Below, one piece after another: positions 1 through 12,960 of a stretch of 64,000 nt of DNA (position 1 is the stretch's first letter; each line of letters starts with the position of its first letter). The translations under genes and the position numbers were made by a program. The DNA comes from Eledone cirrhosa. Taxonomy: Eukaryota. The stretch covers positions 33,790,001-33,854,000 of the forward strand of contig OZ024747.1 of assembly GCA_964016885.1 (NCBI GenBank), read 5' to 3'. The notes beneath the pieces are model-generated. The model worked only from the letters and a program-made list of their open reading frames with translations, was not told the origin of the DNA and did no database searches.

Positions 1-162
1 TCTATCTCGTGTTATTATACTTTACACTTTTCCTACTTCCTTTATACTCTCTACATATCTTTCTATACTTCCTCTTACATCTCTCTTTCATTACCACCTG
101 ATTCTGTTACCCATAGATTTACCCATCTGCATTGTTGAGGCTTCCAAAACGACTATTAATAT

Positions 163-1822
163 ATCATCATCATCATCACCATTTTACATCCATTCCTCTA
201 CGCTAGCATGGGTTAGATGGGTTGTCTTGTTGTGGGCAGTGCCTGGTCGGCTGACCTTGTCTTGCTCATAAGGGAACTGATTTTGGCTTAATTTCTACAG
301 CTGGATGCCCTTCCTTACACCAACCTCATTTACAGTGAGTGCTGGGTGCTTTTTTTATGTGGCACCTCCACGACCACTTTGCACAGGGAGGGAGTGGCCG
401 CATATTGTCTATATGCTTCAGCTTTGGCTTGTACCTGTGGGAAGTCGGGTCTTCTGTATTACTGCGTGATGCCAGAGGTCACGGTCCTGCGTCATCGCCT
501 TTCAGATGTGCAATTGGTCTCTCCACTCCACGGCTTCCATCAACTTCTAGTGCTCTGCACATTTTTATGAGGCTGTCATCCTTCATACGCATCACGTGTC
601 CATACCAATGCAACCTCCTCTCCTGCACACAGCATTTGATTCCTCTTATGCTCAGTCTCTCTCTCAATTCATTTATGCTTTGCCATTCACGTATATTACT
701 ATTACACATCTATCGGAGAATGCAAGCTTCGTTTCTTTCTAATCTACGAAGTCCTCCACAGACAGCGCCCAGGTCTCACTACCATGTAACATTGCTGTTC
801 TTATACACGCATCATACAGTCTGCCTTTCATTTTGTGGGAAAAGCCTTTTGCAGCTAGCAGTGGCAGTAGCTCCTTGAACTTCTTCTATCCTGCTCTTAC
901 TCTGGCTACTGTACTTTCCGGACACACACCTCCACTGCTAATTCGGTCACCTAGGTAGCAACAGCTGTCTACTGTTTCTACAGAGCCTCCCTGAGTTTGG
1001 TGGTGCTTGTTTCCTGTGGCCAATTGTTGTTTGCTGTCTACTGTTTCTACAGAGCCTCCCTGAGTTTGGTGGTGCTTGTTTCCTGTGACCAATTGTTGTT
1101 TGCTGTCCTGGTGCAGCTGCTACATGTAAAGCCTATATTCTTACCTAAACTTCCTGAGATCCCACTACATCTATTGTGTATCCATTGCTTGCATTTAGGG
1201 CAGAGGATGGAGTGTTACCTACACCTTTCCTACATACTGAGCAAGGCCATTTCCCTGAGGGGATCTGGGCTCTGTTTTCATGTCTACTTACAAGGACCTT
1301 AGTCTTTGTTAGGTTGACTTTGAGACCCTCTTTATAGTCCCTGCTTCCATGTTTGGAATTTCTTCTCTAGTTCCACCATAGATTCAGCTATAAGTGTGAG
1401 ATAATCCACATACAGGGGTTCCCATGGGCATCCAGTCTTAAACTCCTCTGTTATTGCCTGCAATACTATAATGAACAGGAAAGGCCTAAGCACAGAGCCC
1501 TGGTGGACACCAACCAGTATGCTAACCCTAACTTTGCTGACTGCTTCCCTATACATGTCTTATACTGCTTTCACAAACCATTCATCTACTCCCAGTTTTC
1601 CAAGAGCCCACCAGATTATAGCGCGAGCCACTCTGTTGAAGGCTTTTTCCAGATCAACAAATGCCAGGTAGAGCAGCTTACTTTTAGCTAGGTACTTTTC
1701 CTCTAACTGCCTCACATGGAAGAAGGCATCAGTAGTACCTTTTCCTGACACAAACCCAAATTGTAACTCACCTAGTTTTACCCGGTCCCTAATCAACTGT
1801 GCTATAACTCTTTCTGTTACTT
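163..1822 (-). mobile_element. 5'-truncated, decayed RTE-clade LINE (lineage B): RT C-terminal half, 3' UTR and (GAT)n tail
   Basis: Minus-strand fragments QFGFVSGKGTTDA, AFVDLEKAFNRV, GVHQGSVL, ERRLHWYGHVMRM; colinear with 37447-39753; ends in (GAT)n. Confidence 0.93.
965..1102. repeat. 69-bp tandem duplication inside the RTE copy
   Basis: CTGTCTACTGTTTCTACAGAGCCTCCCTGAGTTTGGTGGTGCTTGTTTCCTGTG recurs at 965 and 1034; single in the 37-39 kb copy. Confidence 0.9.
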
Positions 1823-1865
1823 ATATGAAGGAAGCATGTTTGGAACATAGCAAGTGAAGTTTAGA

Positions 1866-2196
1866 ATTGAAAGAGAAATAGAAGTCAGCATAATATTTTC
1901 GACTATATAATATTGTCCAATAATTGTTTCTACTTTTAGCACAAGGCCAGCAATGACCCAGTGAATTACTGGTACTTTATTTTATCGACCCCGTAAGGAT
2001 GAAAGGCAAATTTAACCTCGGCGGGATTTGAACTCAGAATGGCAAGGGCCGTAACTCAATGCGTCAAAGCATGGCATCCGACCCTCTGCCGATACTACCA
2101 ATCCACCGTCCAATAATGGGGCGTATTTATATACGCCATTATTCGACTATATTGTATAGTCAAAAATATTATGTCGACTTCTGTTTTTATTTCAAT
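1866..2196. repeat. Imperfect fold-back palindrome interrupted by a SINE
   Basis: 1866-1917 is the reverse complement of 2145-2196; central hairpin AATAATGGGGCGTATTTATATACGCCATTATT. Confidence 0.75.
1920..2110 (-). mobile_element. SINE family C (about 190 bp, ATT tail)
   Basis: Reverse complement of 6590-6779; B-box-like GAGTTCAAATCC; CAATAAT on both flanks. Confidence 0.85.
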
Positions 2197-4339
2197 ATGT
2201 ATGTGTGTGTGCATGTTACATGAGGGCCCCACCAAACCAGAACTGTCTCACCCAACCATGTCTAAATCTATTTCCCAAACCCTGGGATTGCTGCAGTAGT
2301 TTTTAAAAACCCTTCTGGTAAAGAGGAATAGTTGAGTCAGACTTCATGCAATGGTCAATTGTGAAATCATGGCAAGTGCACACAGATTTCTTCAATTGTA
2401 AATTGATGCTAAAACTTTTTACCCTGCCAAAACTAGATCTGGTTGTATGAAATAATACAACCCATTTTAAGGAGCTCCTTGTTAAATTAAAATCTTCAAA
2501 CATGATTTTATATAGGAAGTACATGTTGTTACTTTCTTAGTAATTTTAGTAAATCCTTGAAAAGTTTTCAATAATTAGTTAAAATTTCATTAGAAATATG
2601 GTAACAAAAGGGTTAAATGCTTCTATGAAATACGATATTCTAAATTGTAAGTTTACTAAATTTTGTAAAACGACTAAGCTAAGCCCAAGTAACATTGACG
2701 AGATAGAGTCACTACTGATATATATATATCATCATCATCATCACATACACATTGCCAATGTTTATTTTTATATATTATTATTATTACTATTATTATTATT
2801 ACCCTTTCATTTTGTGCTAAATTTAATCATCCATATACAATAACTAGATATTACTTTGTGTATATTATGCTTATGTATTTATATATCATTTTACCTATCC
2901 ATTTATTTCTTTATTATATTTGAAAAATCAAATATTAACAATCACACCAAAGTGCTTTTAAAACCCTGTAATGTTATAATATATAATGGACATTCTTTCA
3001 CATTTTCATCTTTTTCTTTCTCTAGCTTTTATGTAATGAAATGTTTGGGGTTTAATTCTATTAATGGAGGAATTTGGCAACATATAATCTCATTCGAGTA
3101 GGAAATTTAGTCAGCTAAGTTGTTATTAACTATTTCTAAGTTGTCATCTATAAAATACAAAAAAAAAAAAGAAAATGAAAACTAACAAAAAACTAACAAA
3201 TCAAATCATAAAGAAAATACGATGTGAAGATAAAATAATAACAGCAATAAAATAAACAAGACAATAAAGAAGGAAAAACAATAAACTATATAAACAACAA
3301 CAATATAAACACCAACAGGAAGGATATAGTGTTGCATAAAGTGAAAGACAAATCCAGGGACATAAATCAGAATGATGTGAAAGCAATTACTGAAAGCCTG
3401 TAAGCATTGAGTCAATTTGATGTCTTAAGCAATGGATTAATTCAAAGATCAAAACAATTTAGTAATCTTTCATAATCGCATTTTTCGTATTATTTTATTC
3501 TTTTTCATAAATATCTACACAAAGAGAGATTTCAGTAATCACTTCCTGATGATTTTTTTTTTAGTCTTTCATCAAAAACATTCAAAGAAAACAAAATATA
3601 ATTAAAAAATTCAATGAAACCACCAAAATACAAAACAAACAGAGAGAGGGGGAGTGGGAGACGGAGAGAGAGAAAGAGAGAAAGAAAAAAAAAGAGAGAG
3701 AGAGAGACTAAATGATAATTTCAACAGGTTTCTATTTAAATCGTTTTTTCAAAGAATTTTGAAACCTTACACCTGCCTCTAACATCAGAATTGTAACTTG
3801 AGTCAGGATCATAAAAGTTTTTTAAACTTCTTAATATGTCTACACCTGAGAAATTATGTAATGCTATTACTGTAATATTAAAAGGTTTTATGAAATTATG
3901 TTGAGTTGCATGAATATGCCATGTCTAAAATCTAGGTAAATATGGCCATCACTCACGATCGAATATGACTTTGCTAAGAGAATCCATGCAGCCAAGAACA
4001 GTCATAGACACTGTCTCAGATCTTCTGCTCTTGATTGAACATAATATCTGGGATGCAACACCTATAAGAGGGGGAGAGAGAGCTAGTACAACAAGGGCTA
4101 GTACTTTCTTTTTATGGACCCTCAAACTATAGAAATCAATGGGAAATTCAGTAGATTTTGAAATCAGAACATAGAGAGCCAGAAGAAATATATACCAATT
4201 TTTTGGGGGGTTTTTAAAGCCTTTTTGGAAAATATGTTTTGCTAGAGGGTAAACTGAGTTTTTTTTTCTACAATTTCTCTTGCCAAACCTGGATGTTATA
4301 CAAAGTTGTACAAATAAAACAAAAACTGAAATCAGACAA

Positions 4340-4562
4340 CATGCTTTGCAGCATATAATTATGTGTATTTACATTCTGAATTCAAACCCCGCGAGGTTAG
4401 CTTTGCCTTTCATCCTTATGGGGGTCAATAAAATAAAACACCAGTAACGAACAGGGGTTGACTTAATCGACTTTCCCATCTTGCAAAATAGGAATGTCGA
4501 TTAAATCAACCCTGTTCGTTACTGGTGCTAAATTCGTTACTGTGCCGGAATTTGAGATTATT
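4340..4562 (+). mobile_element. Diverged SINE family C-related copy containing a local inversion hairpin (4439-4527)
   Basis: CTTTGCCTTTCATCCTTATGGGGGTCAATAAAATAAA core; CACCAGTAACGAACAGGG...CCCTGTTCGTTACTGGTG. Confidence 0.7.
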
Positions 4563-4819
4563 TTAAAACATCATCCTTATCCTCACCACCTCTATCATAA
4601 GTTTAATCCTGCCTTCTACAGGTTGGAAAGGTTATTGCCAGTTAAGACATTACTTTTTCAGAATTATTGCCCTCATAGATGAATTAGAGGACCACATGCT
4701 GCTTGATTGTTCCATTTTGGAGGAATTTAGCATAATTCAATCTAAATAATCAACAATAAATTCTAATCAAATAAAGCAAACAAATAATGCAACTTTGGCT
4801 ATCATACACACAGAACTAC

Positions 4820-5043
4820 TTAACTCTTTAGTATTCACATTAATCTATATATACTATTGTATTTTCGTGGTAAAGATCTTACATGATTATCTCACATAAT
4901 ATTGAATCTATGAGATTTTGATATCATTTATTTTGAAAACAATACCTTAATGTCAGTATGAGCAGCCAGTTATGGCCAGTTTGAACAGAAAGAGGTGAGA
5001 GAATTTTGGCCGAATATGGCTAGTTTAAATGCTAAAGGGGTAA
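4820..5043. mobile_element. piggyBac-like MITE (TTAA-type ends)
   Basis: TTAACTCTTTAGTATT at left, AATGCTAAAGGGGTAA at right; second copy at 63497-63732. Confidence 0.6.
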
Positions 5044-5296
5044 AGCCCTTTGTACTATGAAACTGTGTAAAATGTTCACACAAAAAAATCATGTGAAATG
5101 GACTTGGCATAATCGAAACTCATAAATTCAACTCAGTATGGTATGTCCACACTTCTTAAAAGTCTGTGATTGCATCCTGTCAACTTGATTGGATATTGTG
5201 CTAACAATATCGAAATTATAACTAACCATTATGATTATGTTAAATTTGATGTGGTAGAAATTTGCAACATATTTACACAAATGAAGCTAATATATT

Positions 5297-5569
5297 ACAT
5301 ATATGTGCTACTACCACTACTACTACTATTACTACTACTACTAATAATAATATATATATTAATATACTCTTGGTTTTACTAAATATCTCACTTTACACAC
5401 ACATCCATATAAATATATGTATATCATCATCATCATCATTTAATGTCCAAATCATCATCATTATTTAACATTGTTGATAATGATGAAGATATACATATAT
5501 TTATATCAATGCATGTGTGTGTGTGAAGTGAGAGGGTTTGTAAAACCAAGCGTATATTGATATATACAA

Positions 5570-5600
<31 letters not shown>
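5297..5600. repeat. Fold-back palindrome whose right arm is split by the Tx1-like insertions
   Basis: 5343-5438 is the reverse complement of 5474-5580; 5297-5345 is the reverse complement of about 16635-16710. Confidence 0.8.
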
Positions 5601-5979
5601 GGCGACCTCCGTTGTAAATCGTATCATCGTGAGCACCGCAAAGGTTTGTTGTTTCCGTTTGTTAAAAATTGCCATTTGTGGAAAATTTTTATTGTTAACT
5701 ATATATAGGCGCACATACATTGTTTTCCGAAAAGGACACCCAAAAAGATTGGGGCCTTGTGCCCAAAATTTAAACTTTTATGATTATCAAAAAATTTCTT
5801 TGAAAAAAAAATGGATAATTCACCTCTGCACAAGCAGCTGAGAGCCTTCCTCACAAATTAACACCTCACACCGACACCACCATTGTAAATGTTGCTGCGT
5901 TTGCCAACACTAAAAAAAATATAAGCAGTAGCAATATTTTAAATTTGTCTCAGGCAGACATTCATTTCCCGCATTACCA

Positions 5980-7057
5980 ATGACTGCAGGTGTTAAAGCC
6001 CCCCCCCCCACCACCACCACCACCACCACCACTTCGACAACAGAAACAAAAGGAAAAAATAAATCAACTCGTGATGTCGAAATGTTTTCAACCAAAATGG
6101 ACACATCCACACCGAACACCACTGACGTCACCACCACCACAACTGAAACTAAAATGAATAATAACAAAAATAACGATAACAACAACAGCAACAATGACAT
6201 TAAAAAAAACCACCCTGAGTTTTGCCAGAGTAGCAAAACAGTGCGAAGCATTTACGGTATCTCAGGAGGAATTAGAAAATGCCCCAAAAATGGTAAAGAA
6301 AGATGGGTACAGGGTCAGCCTCACCCCCCCATCTAATGAAATGGTGCATCGGCGCCTATGCTCCGTGTCGTATCGAACAATTAATGTAAAATGCCACCAT
6401 CCACACCAGCATCACCAACCCCATCACCCCAAACACCAACACTATCACCATCATTAACCCCAACACCACCATCACCTACACCACAAAAGTCACCAAAATG
6501 CGAAACAGAAACAAACCCACAACAAACGCAAACAAAACAAAACAACCAAAACGATACACACTACACAGCATTAAATTTGAACAACAACAGGGGCGGTGGA
6601 TTGGCAGTATCGGCAGAGGGTCGGACGCCATGCTTTCCAGCATAGTTACGTCCCTTTACGATCTGAGTTCAAATCCCGCCGAGGTTGACTTTGCCTTTCA
6701 TCCTTACGGGGTCGATAAAATAAAGTACCAGTAATGCACTGGGTGATTGCTGGCCTTGTGCCTAAAGTAGAAACAATTAAATTTGAACAACAACCAATTA
6801 TTACACTACATCCAACACAACACCAGCATCACAGAAAAAGACTACACAATAACCCAAAAATTCACACCACCTCCACACATACAAATCACTCGCATCACAC
6901 AGAAAACGTACATGACACTAAAACAAACATTCCCAAAGACATCGGAGACTTCCGACAAGCACTCTCCAGGAGGATTTATAAGGACATCCTTCCTGAGGAG
7001 GCCACAAGCAGTGAAAAGGATGGAAAAACCGTCCTTCCTCTACGAGAAGTAAGGTAA
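5980..7057 (+). pseudogene. Tx1-like ORF1 remnant (internally deleted, SINE-interrupted)
   Basis: Low-complexity T/N-rich N-terminus, KKTTLSFARVAK; C-terminus TFPKDIG...EKP resembles copy 2 SFPRDVG...EKP. Confidence 0.65.
6590..6779 (+). mobile_element. Full-length SINE family C with 19-bp target-site duplication
   Basis: ATTAAATTTGAACAACAAC at 6570-6588 and 6776-6794; GAGTTCAAATCC B box. Confidence 0.9.
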
Positions 7058-7091
7058 GTGGTCTTTCCCATCTTTTCCACTCCTTTTCAAC

Positions 7092-10000
7092 ATGACCTCA
7101 CTCGGAATAGGCAGCATAAATGTGCGTGGCTTGGGGTTGTCATGGAAGCAGGGCCACCTGCTCAACGACCTCAGGTCACTAAACATAGATGTAGTGGCCA
7201 TCAGCGAGACCAGAATCTCCGAAGCACGGGCCTTTGCACCGATCTTCGGCGGCTACCATGTGTACGCATCTCCCAGCCGTCCGGGTTCGGGAGGGAGGAG
7301 TTGCTGTGCTTTTTCGGAGAGGTTTGGAGATTGTCATACGGGCCATCTTCCTGTACCAAGAAGGTAAGTTAGTGGTGCTGGACGTGACAATCGGAGACGG
7401 GCAAGCTTTTAGGTTAGTGCCCGTCTATGCCCTGACAGGAGCAGGGCGGCCTGATTTCTTCCGGCGTCTGGAGACCTTTCTTGGAACGTCCCGCTCTTTA
7501 GTGTTAGTGGGCGACTGGAACGGGATCTTAGATGCACGCTGGGATTAGTGGATAGGGGAGGAGGGTGCAAGAGTCTCACCAACCTGCTCAGGCGTTTTGA
7601 ACTGTCTGACAGGTACCGATTGGATTTCCCGAATGTACCAATGTGGACTTGGACAAATCGCATAGGGTCATCCAGATCATATCTAGATAGAGTATTTTGT
7701 AGGGAAATAGAAAGGTCTAGCATAGGCTGTCCACAATTCAAGATAGTCAGTTACACGGACCACAAATTCGTGATCTGTGTGCTTGACTTAGATAGGCTTC
7801 ATAGACGAGGACCCGGCTACTGGAAGCTAAACGCGTCCTTACCAGCGCGCAAGACCTACAGAGACGGGATTAGCGAACTAGTTAAGCGGGCGTTGACGGG
7901 GGCCATAGTAAACAACAAGTGGTGGTTTGCTCTGAAAAGAGCAATTAGAATAGAGTCCATTACGTTTAGTAAGGCTTTAGCAATAGAGCAGAGGGAGAAT
8001 TAGTTAGAAAATTAACGAGGCGCTTTGCAAAGGCATCGCGACCGACGTACTTGCGGCGAAATTGGCCCTTGACCAATTCTTCAATGCAAAGCACGAAGGC
8101 TGCGTTGTCAGAGCTAGGGTGCGTGCTCTCAGACACGAAGGGACGAAAGCCGTTCAATGGGCCCGAGTGGCGGAGGCGCGTCGTGGCAACAGAGCCACGA
8201 TCCGGTCTTTGGTGGACCACGACGGGCGCATGCTACTCGATCCCGGGCAAATGTGTGAAGCTTTTCAGCGACACTTCGCTCAACTGTTCGGGGGCAGTGG
8301 CGGGCCGGATCGAGGGATGGACTTTAGTGTCTACCTCGACGGACTGCTGCGGCTTTCGGCCACTGAGGAGGAGTGTTGCGAAAAGCCGATAACAACCGCT
8401 GAAGTACGGGAGGCAATGAGTGGCTGCACAAGGGTTAAATCTCCTGGCTTGGATGGTCTGCCCTATGAACTTTACGTACAAATGCTAGACTTGTTCGGAG
8501 GCCTCTTGGCGGACGTCTACTGCAACTGGCAACAGAACGGAAGAATTCCCAGCTCTGTGAGCCGAGGAGCGGTGGCGCTGCTGAGAAAGGATCCGAACAA
8601 GGGGGATAACATAGATAATTTTAGACCCATAACTCTGCTAAACACAGAGTTCAAGATTTTGGCCAAGGTGCTAGAAAAGAGGTTGGCGCTTGTAGTTGGT
8701 GGTCTGGTGGGAGAGGCACAGACATGTGCCATTCCCGACAGATCCATCCACGACAACCTCCACCTCATGCGATACATCGTAGAGAGGGTAGGGTGGGTCT
8801 TTGGTCAATTTAGATCAGTCGAAAGCCTTCGATAGGGTCGACCATCGTTACCTAGCGGCAGTTCTGAGAGCGGCCGGCTTTGGGCCCGTCTTCAGAGGCT
8901 GGATCGCTGCCATGCACAGCGACATATGCTCTGCAGTGAGAGTGAACGGTCACCTTTCGGAACCGTTCAACATCATGCACTCGGTCCGCCAAGGATGTCC
9001 CCTCTCGTCCATATTGTACGTATTGACTCTCGAGCCATTACTGCACAAACTGGAGACGTTGAGGGGGGTCCCGCGCGAACTAGGATGCGGAAGATCCGTG
9101 TCAGCATATGCCGTATGGTATCGAACGCCAAACACATCGAGGCGATCGGCACTACACTAAGAGAATACGAAGCGGTGACAGGAGCAATAATCAACCAGGA
9201 AAAGTCAGTGGGCCTGCAGCTCGGCACCTGGAGAGGCAGGTCTATGCCGTTCAACAGCGTCGTCGGGCGCTGGAAGGACGGACCGGTTAAATTGCTAGGG
9301 GTCTGGTTCGGTCCAGACCTCCAGACAGACAAAAACTGGGACGAGGTGACGAGCAGGGTGGCTTCTCTCACCTAGAAATGGGCGGAGAGGAAGCTATCCC
9401 TGAAAGGTCGAGCGGAGGTGGCTAACGCGTACATCGCGTCCGTCATCTACTACCGCCTGATCGTCGTACCTTGTCCTAAGCCCCGCCTGACTGCGCTGGA
9501 GCGTTTGCTCTTTCGCTTCTTGTGGAAGGGACGCGCTCCGATGGTCAGGCGGTCTATCTGCTGTCAACACCCGCTACGTGGAGGGCTGGGAATGCCGTGG
9601 CTGATGATACGCAGACACGCGCTCAGGCTACGACATCTCCACCTCTTCCTCGACGGTAATCAGGTGTGGTCGCCGTTTGCTAGACACGTTTTCCTTGACG
9701 GAGCTGCAGTCCTGGGTCAAGCGAAGACCGAGAGGGAGCGCTTGGAGACTGGAATGTCTTCAGGCGCTCACAGCTCTCGACCAATCGGACAATGTGATCG
9801 GTGCAAACTCCACCTTGGCGTTCTATAGGGGATTAGTGGAGGGGAAGAGCTTCGACGTACTTGGAGAAACTCTAGGCGTCGACGAAAATCAACTAGGACT
9901 TTCGGGCCGGGGCCTATGGACAACTTCCAGAAATCCCTGGCCTGGCAGTGCTACCGTGGAGCTTTGCCAGTTCGGGATAAACTCTACAGGCATGGAGGTG

Positions 10001-10431
10001 CCGTCAGCCGGGCATGTCCGAGATGCGCACAGGGCGATGAAACCGTCCTGCACGCACTCGTCCAGTGTCCGAGCATTGCTGACTTGTGGGTTTATGTCGA
10101 ACACCTGCTGTCACGTGTAGGACAGATCCAGCTATCAGCTGAGTCCATTGTGAGGATTGCCCCGCCCTCCACCTTTAGCCGGGAAGGGCAGGCAATGTTT
10201 ATCTGTCTGGTGGCCATGGCGAAAGAGATAGTATGGTGGACACGTTTGAAAGGGCTGAAGACGAGCACTTATCTCTTCGGTGATGCTCTGATTGACTTTT
10301 TCAAATTTCATTTGAAAAGGAAAATCAGAGTAGAGAGGGAAGTGCTCTCTTCCCAGCATTTTGTTGAAAGATGGGTGAGAGAAGCAAGAATGGCCCGAGT
10401 GAATGGGCCTACTCTGAGTATATATCTGTAA
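7092..10431 (+). pseudogene. Tx1-like ORF2: APE endonuclease, reverse transcriptase, C-terminal zinc motif (frameshifted)
   Basis: SINVRGL, GDWN, SYLDR, YTDHK, GPGYWKLN, KSPGLDGLPYELY, NFRPITLLNTEFKILAK, LDQSKAFDRVDH, VRQGCPLS, GGLGMP, CPRCAQGDETVLHALVQC. Confidence 0.95.
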
Positions 10432-10688
10432 ATTAAAGGTGGAAAACTGGGAGAGGGCACTTGCCTTGGTGGTCAGGGTCATTGTGGCTTTTATTGGGCT
10501 TTCTCCACAAATGTCCCTCGGAAGTCTCCCCCCTATTGGGGAATTTTTCTTTGTTATTTTATTACATCCTCTGTGTTTTTACACGCAGAAATGCCCATTT
10601 GTACCGTCCTGTATTGTCCTGTACTGTCCTTAATGTCTACTTTATGTAAACCCTTGTGGTTAATAAAGAAAACATTATTATTATTATT

Positions 10689-10745
10689 GCTGGCCTTGTG
10701 CCAAAAGTAGAAACACTTATTATTATTATTATTATTATTATTATT
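10689..10745 (+). mobile_element. 3'-terminal stub of SINE family C with (ATT)n tail, between the two Tx1-like copies
   Basis: GCTGGCCTTGTGCCAAAAGTAGAAAC matches the SINE C 3' end at 18767-18790 and 31099-31124. Confidence 0.85.
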
Positions 10746-10950
10746 GGTCTAATCGGACGTATTTTGCTCGCTCCCAGTAAGTCGCTTTATTTGCCTGTTA
10801 AAATCATTTGTTGTTAAATATTTCTTGTTGTGTAAGGGATATAAGCCCTTAAACTTTGCCCTGTGAAGGGGAAAGTATAATATTTGGGCCTTTTGGCCCA
10901 AATATTTGAACTTTTTTTGCATTTTAAAAAATTTACGGAGAAAAAAAAAC

Positions 10951-12928
10951 ATGGCTGAGCCACGCCCCCCAGCGATATGTCTGCTGTCGTGCGACAACGA
11001 CGTAGAAGTTGAGAGGAGCGCTACAGCGAAATTAACACAAATTGATAACACAAACACCACCACAAACAATGTAAACGAAGACACCAATGATACCAATGAG
11101 AACTCTAATTTTGAAAAAAATGAGAGTAACAGCGACAACGAAAATACAGATAACAAAAAAAATGACAAATGCAACAACAATATCAACACCACTAACATGA
11201 AAACAAGTAGCGACAACACCAACAGCAACAATGCCAACTGCACCGAGAACAACGGTGGCAACAAAGACAACAATGATAACAGCGACAGTGATAACAACAA
11301 CACCAACAAGAAGAAGAAGAACAACAACAACACCCCCAATGACAACAACAAGAACACTTTCGCTGCGGCATCAGCAAAAAAGAGGCCGTGCTTCAGCATG
11401 GACCTCTCAAACAAAGATGAAAAGTTGGCCCAGGCACGGAAGCTCATCAAGCAAGAGCAAACCTGGGCCAAGTTAACTGTCCCGGTAGAAGCTATTGAGG
11501 CAGTGGAGCGCAGAACGTTGAATTATAGATGCATCTCAGCACAAACCAAAAGGGCAGCTTTAATCCCACAAGTAGATGTCGAAGTCGTGCTGAGGTGCAT
11601 CAGCGAAGACACCGAATACATAGAGAAGGGCAGACAGTACGGCACCATTTCCGTGTTGTTCAAGTCAGAAGACCTCGCTCTGAAACACACTATGACTCCT
11701 TGTAAAACCAGCAAGGTCATAATGTACCCCACCCACATGGGAAAAAGAACGGCCCGTCTCCGCAATTCCCAGAATCCCACAAGGACTTGACATGTGGTGA
11801 CTTCTGGGATGTGTGATTGTGGAGGGGATGGATACCGTCCCTATAGAAGTGACCAGAACGGCCAGACAAGACTGGTCCGGGGTTGACCTGGAGATCCTTC
11901 TCCAGATGAGGCCCGAGAATGTGAAGACAATCCCGGACCACATCCGCCTTCAGAATGGGACGGTCATTCACATTATGACCGAAGACAAAAGGCCGCATTG
12001 TTTTGTTTGTGGGGAAAAAAACGCATTTGCGAGCCTTCTGCCCTCAACTGCTGAAAGAGGCAAGGGGTTGAAAGGCTCCACTGCTGCCGACGCCGGGGCG
12101 AGGACCACAACCAACACCAGAACCGGCAAAACCACCAACAACAACACCAATAGAAAGACCACCACCAACATTGACCACCCAGAAGGGAAACGAGGAAAGC
12201 TGTCAAATCCCCCCTCCCCCCCCAAAAAAAATACACGAACCAATAAAACCATAAACATACACACAGACACACTTACAGACACAGACCCCTCATCTACCAG
12301 TAGTGAAGATGAGGGAAAACCAAAATCTCCCAAAATACAAAAAAGGAAACACAAAAAGAAAAAAAAAAACTCAACAAAGCACAAAATCACCCACAATAAA
12401 AAACGCAGACACCGCCCACGCAAACATCTCTCCAATAACACCAACATCAACACCACCATCACCATCACCAGAATCCCCAAACGCAAACCTAATTAGACGC
12501 AAGAACAAATATACACACAAACATCTGAAACCACAGACACCGCACTCACAACAAACACAACCGAAACAACACAATCAAAATCATCACCACCACAGCCACG
12601 CAAACAAAAAAAATCACACCAACAGAACATACAAACTTCGTGCTCGTCAGGAGGGCCAACAAGGAACTGATGGCCCTTGTAGCACGAAGTGAAAATATAC
12701 AAAAAGAGGGGGAAATTTTAAAATCGAGCACATTTCGCGTGCCAGAAGATTTGGTCTGGTGCGAATGTCGCTCGATTTATACAAAGAAATACGAGACAGC
12801 TTTCCTCGGGACGTGGGAACCCCGATCGTAAAACCCACTTCAAGACTTTTAAAGGGTTCCTAAAAGAAACCCCACCAACTATGGAGGTCGAAAAACCCGA
12901 CCTTCACAAGAGCCCGGAAGGTAAGTAA
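10951..12928 (+). pseudogene. Tx1-like ORF1 (gag-like, CCHC knuckle), frameshifted
   Basis: MAEPRPP start, N-rich tract, NTFAAASAKK; CFVCGEK/THLRAFC = CX2CX4HX4C across a frameshift near 12020; ends EGK*. Confidence 0.8.
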
Positions 12929-12960
12929 ACCTTTCCTCTCTCTCTTTTTAACCTGGCAAC

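Larger units (their letters stand above)
5601..10673 (+). mobile_element. L1-clade Tx1-like non-LTR retrotransposon, copy 1, flanked by (ATT)n
   Basis: ORF1 remnant plus ORF2 (APE, RT, C-terminal zinc motif); AATAAA at 10662 followed by GAAAAC(ATT)5; (ATT)10 at 5571-5600. Confidence 0.92.

Noticed and set aside
10749-12486. Hydrophobic minus-strand ORFs (240 aa, 172 aa) as membrane proteins
   Set aside because: Antisense shadows of the AAC/ACC-rich Tx1-like ORF1
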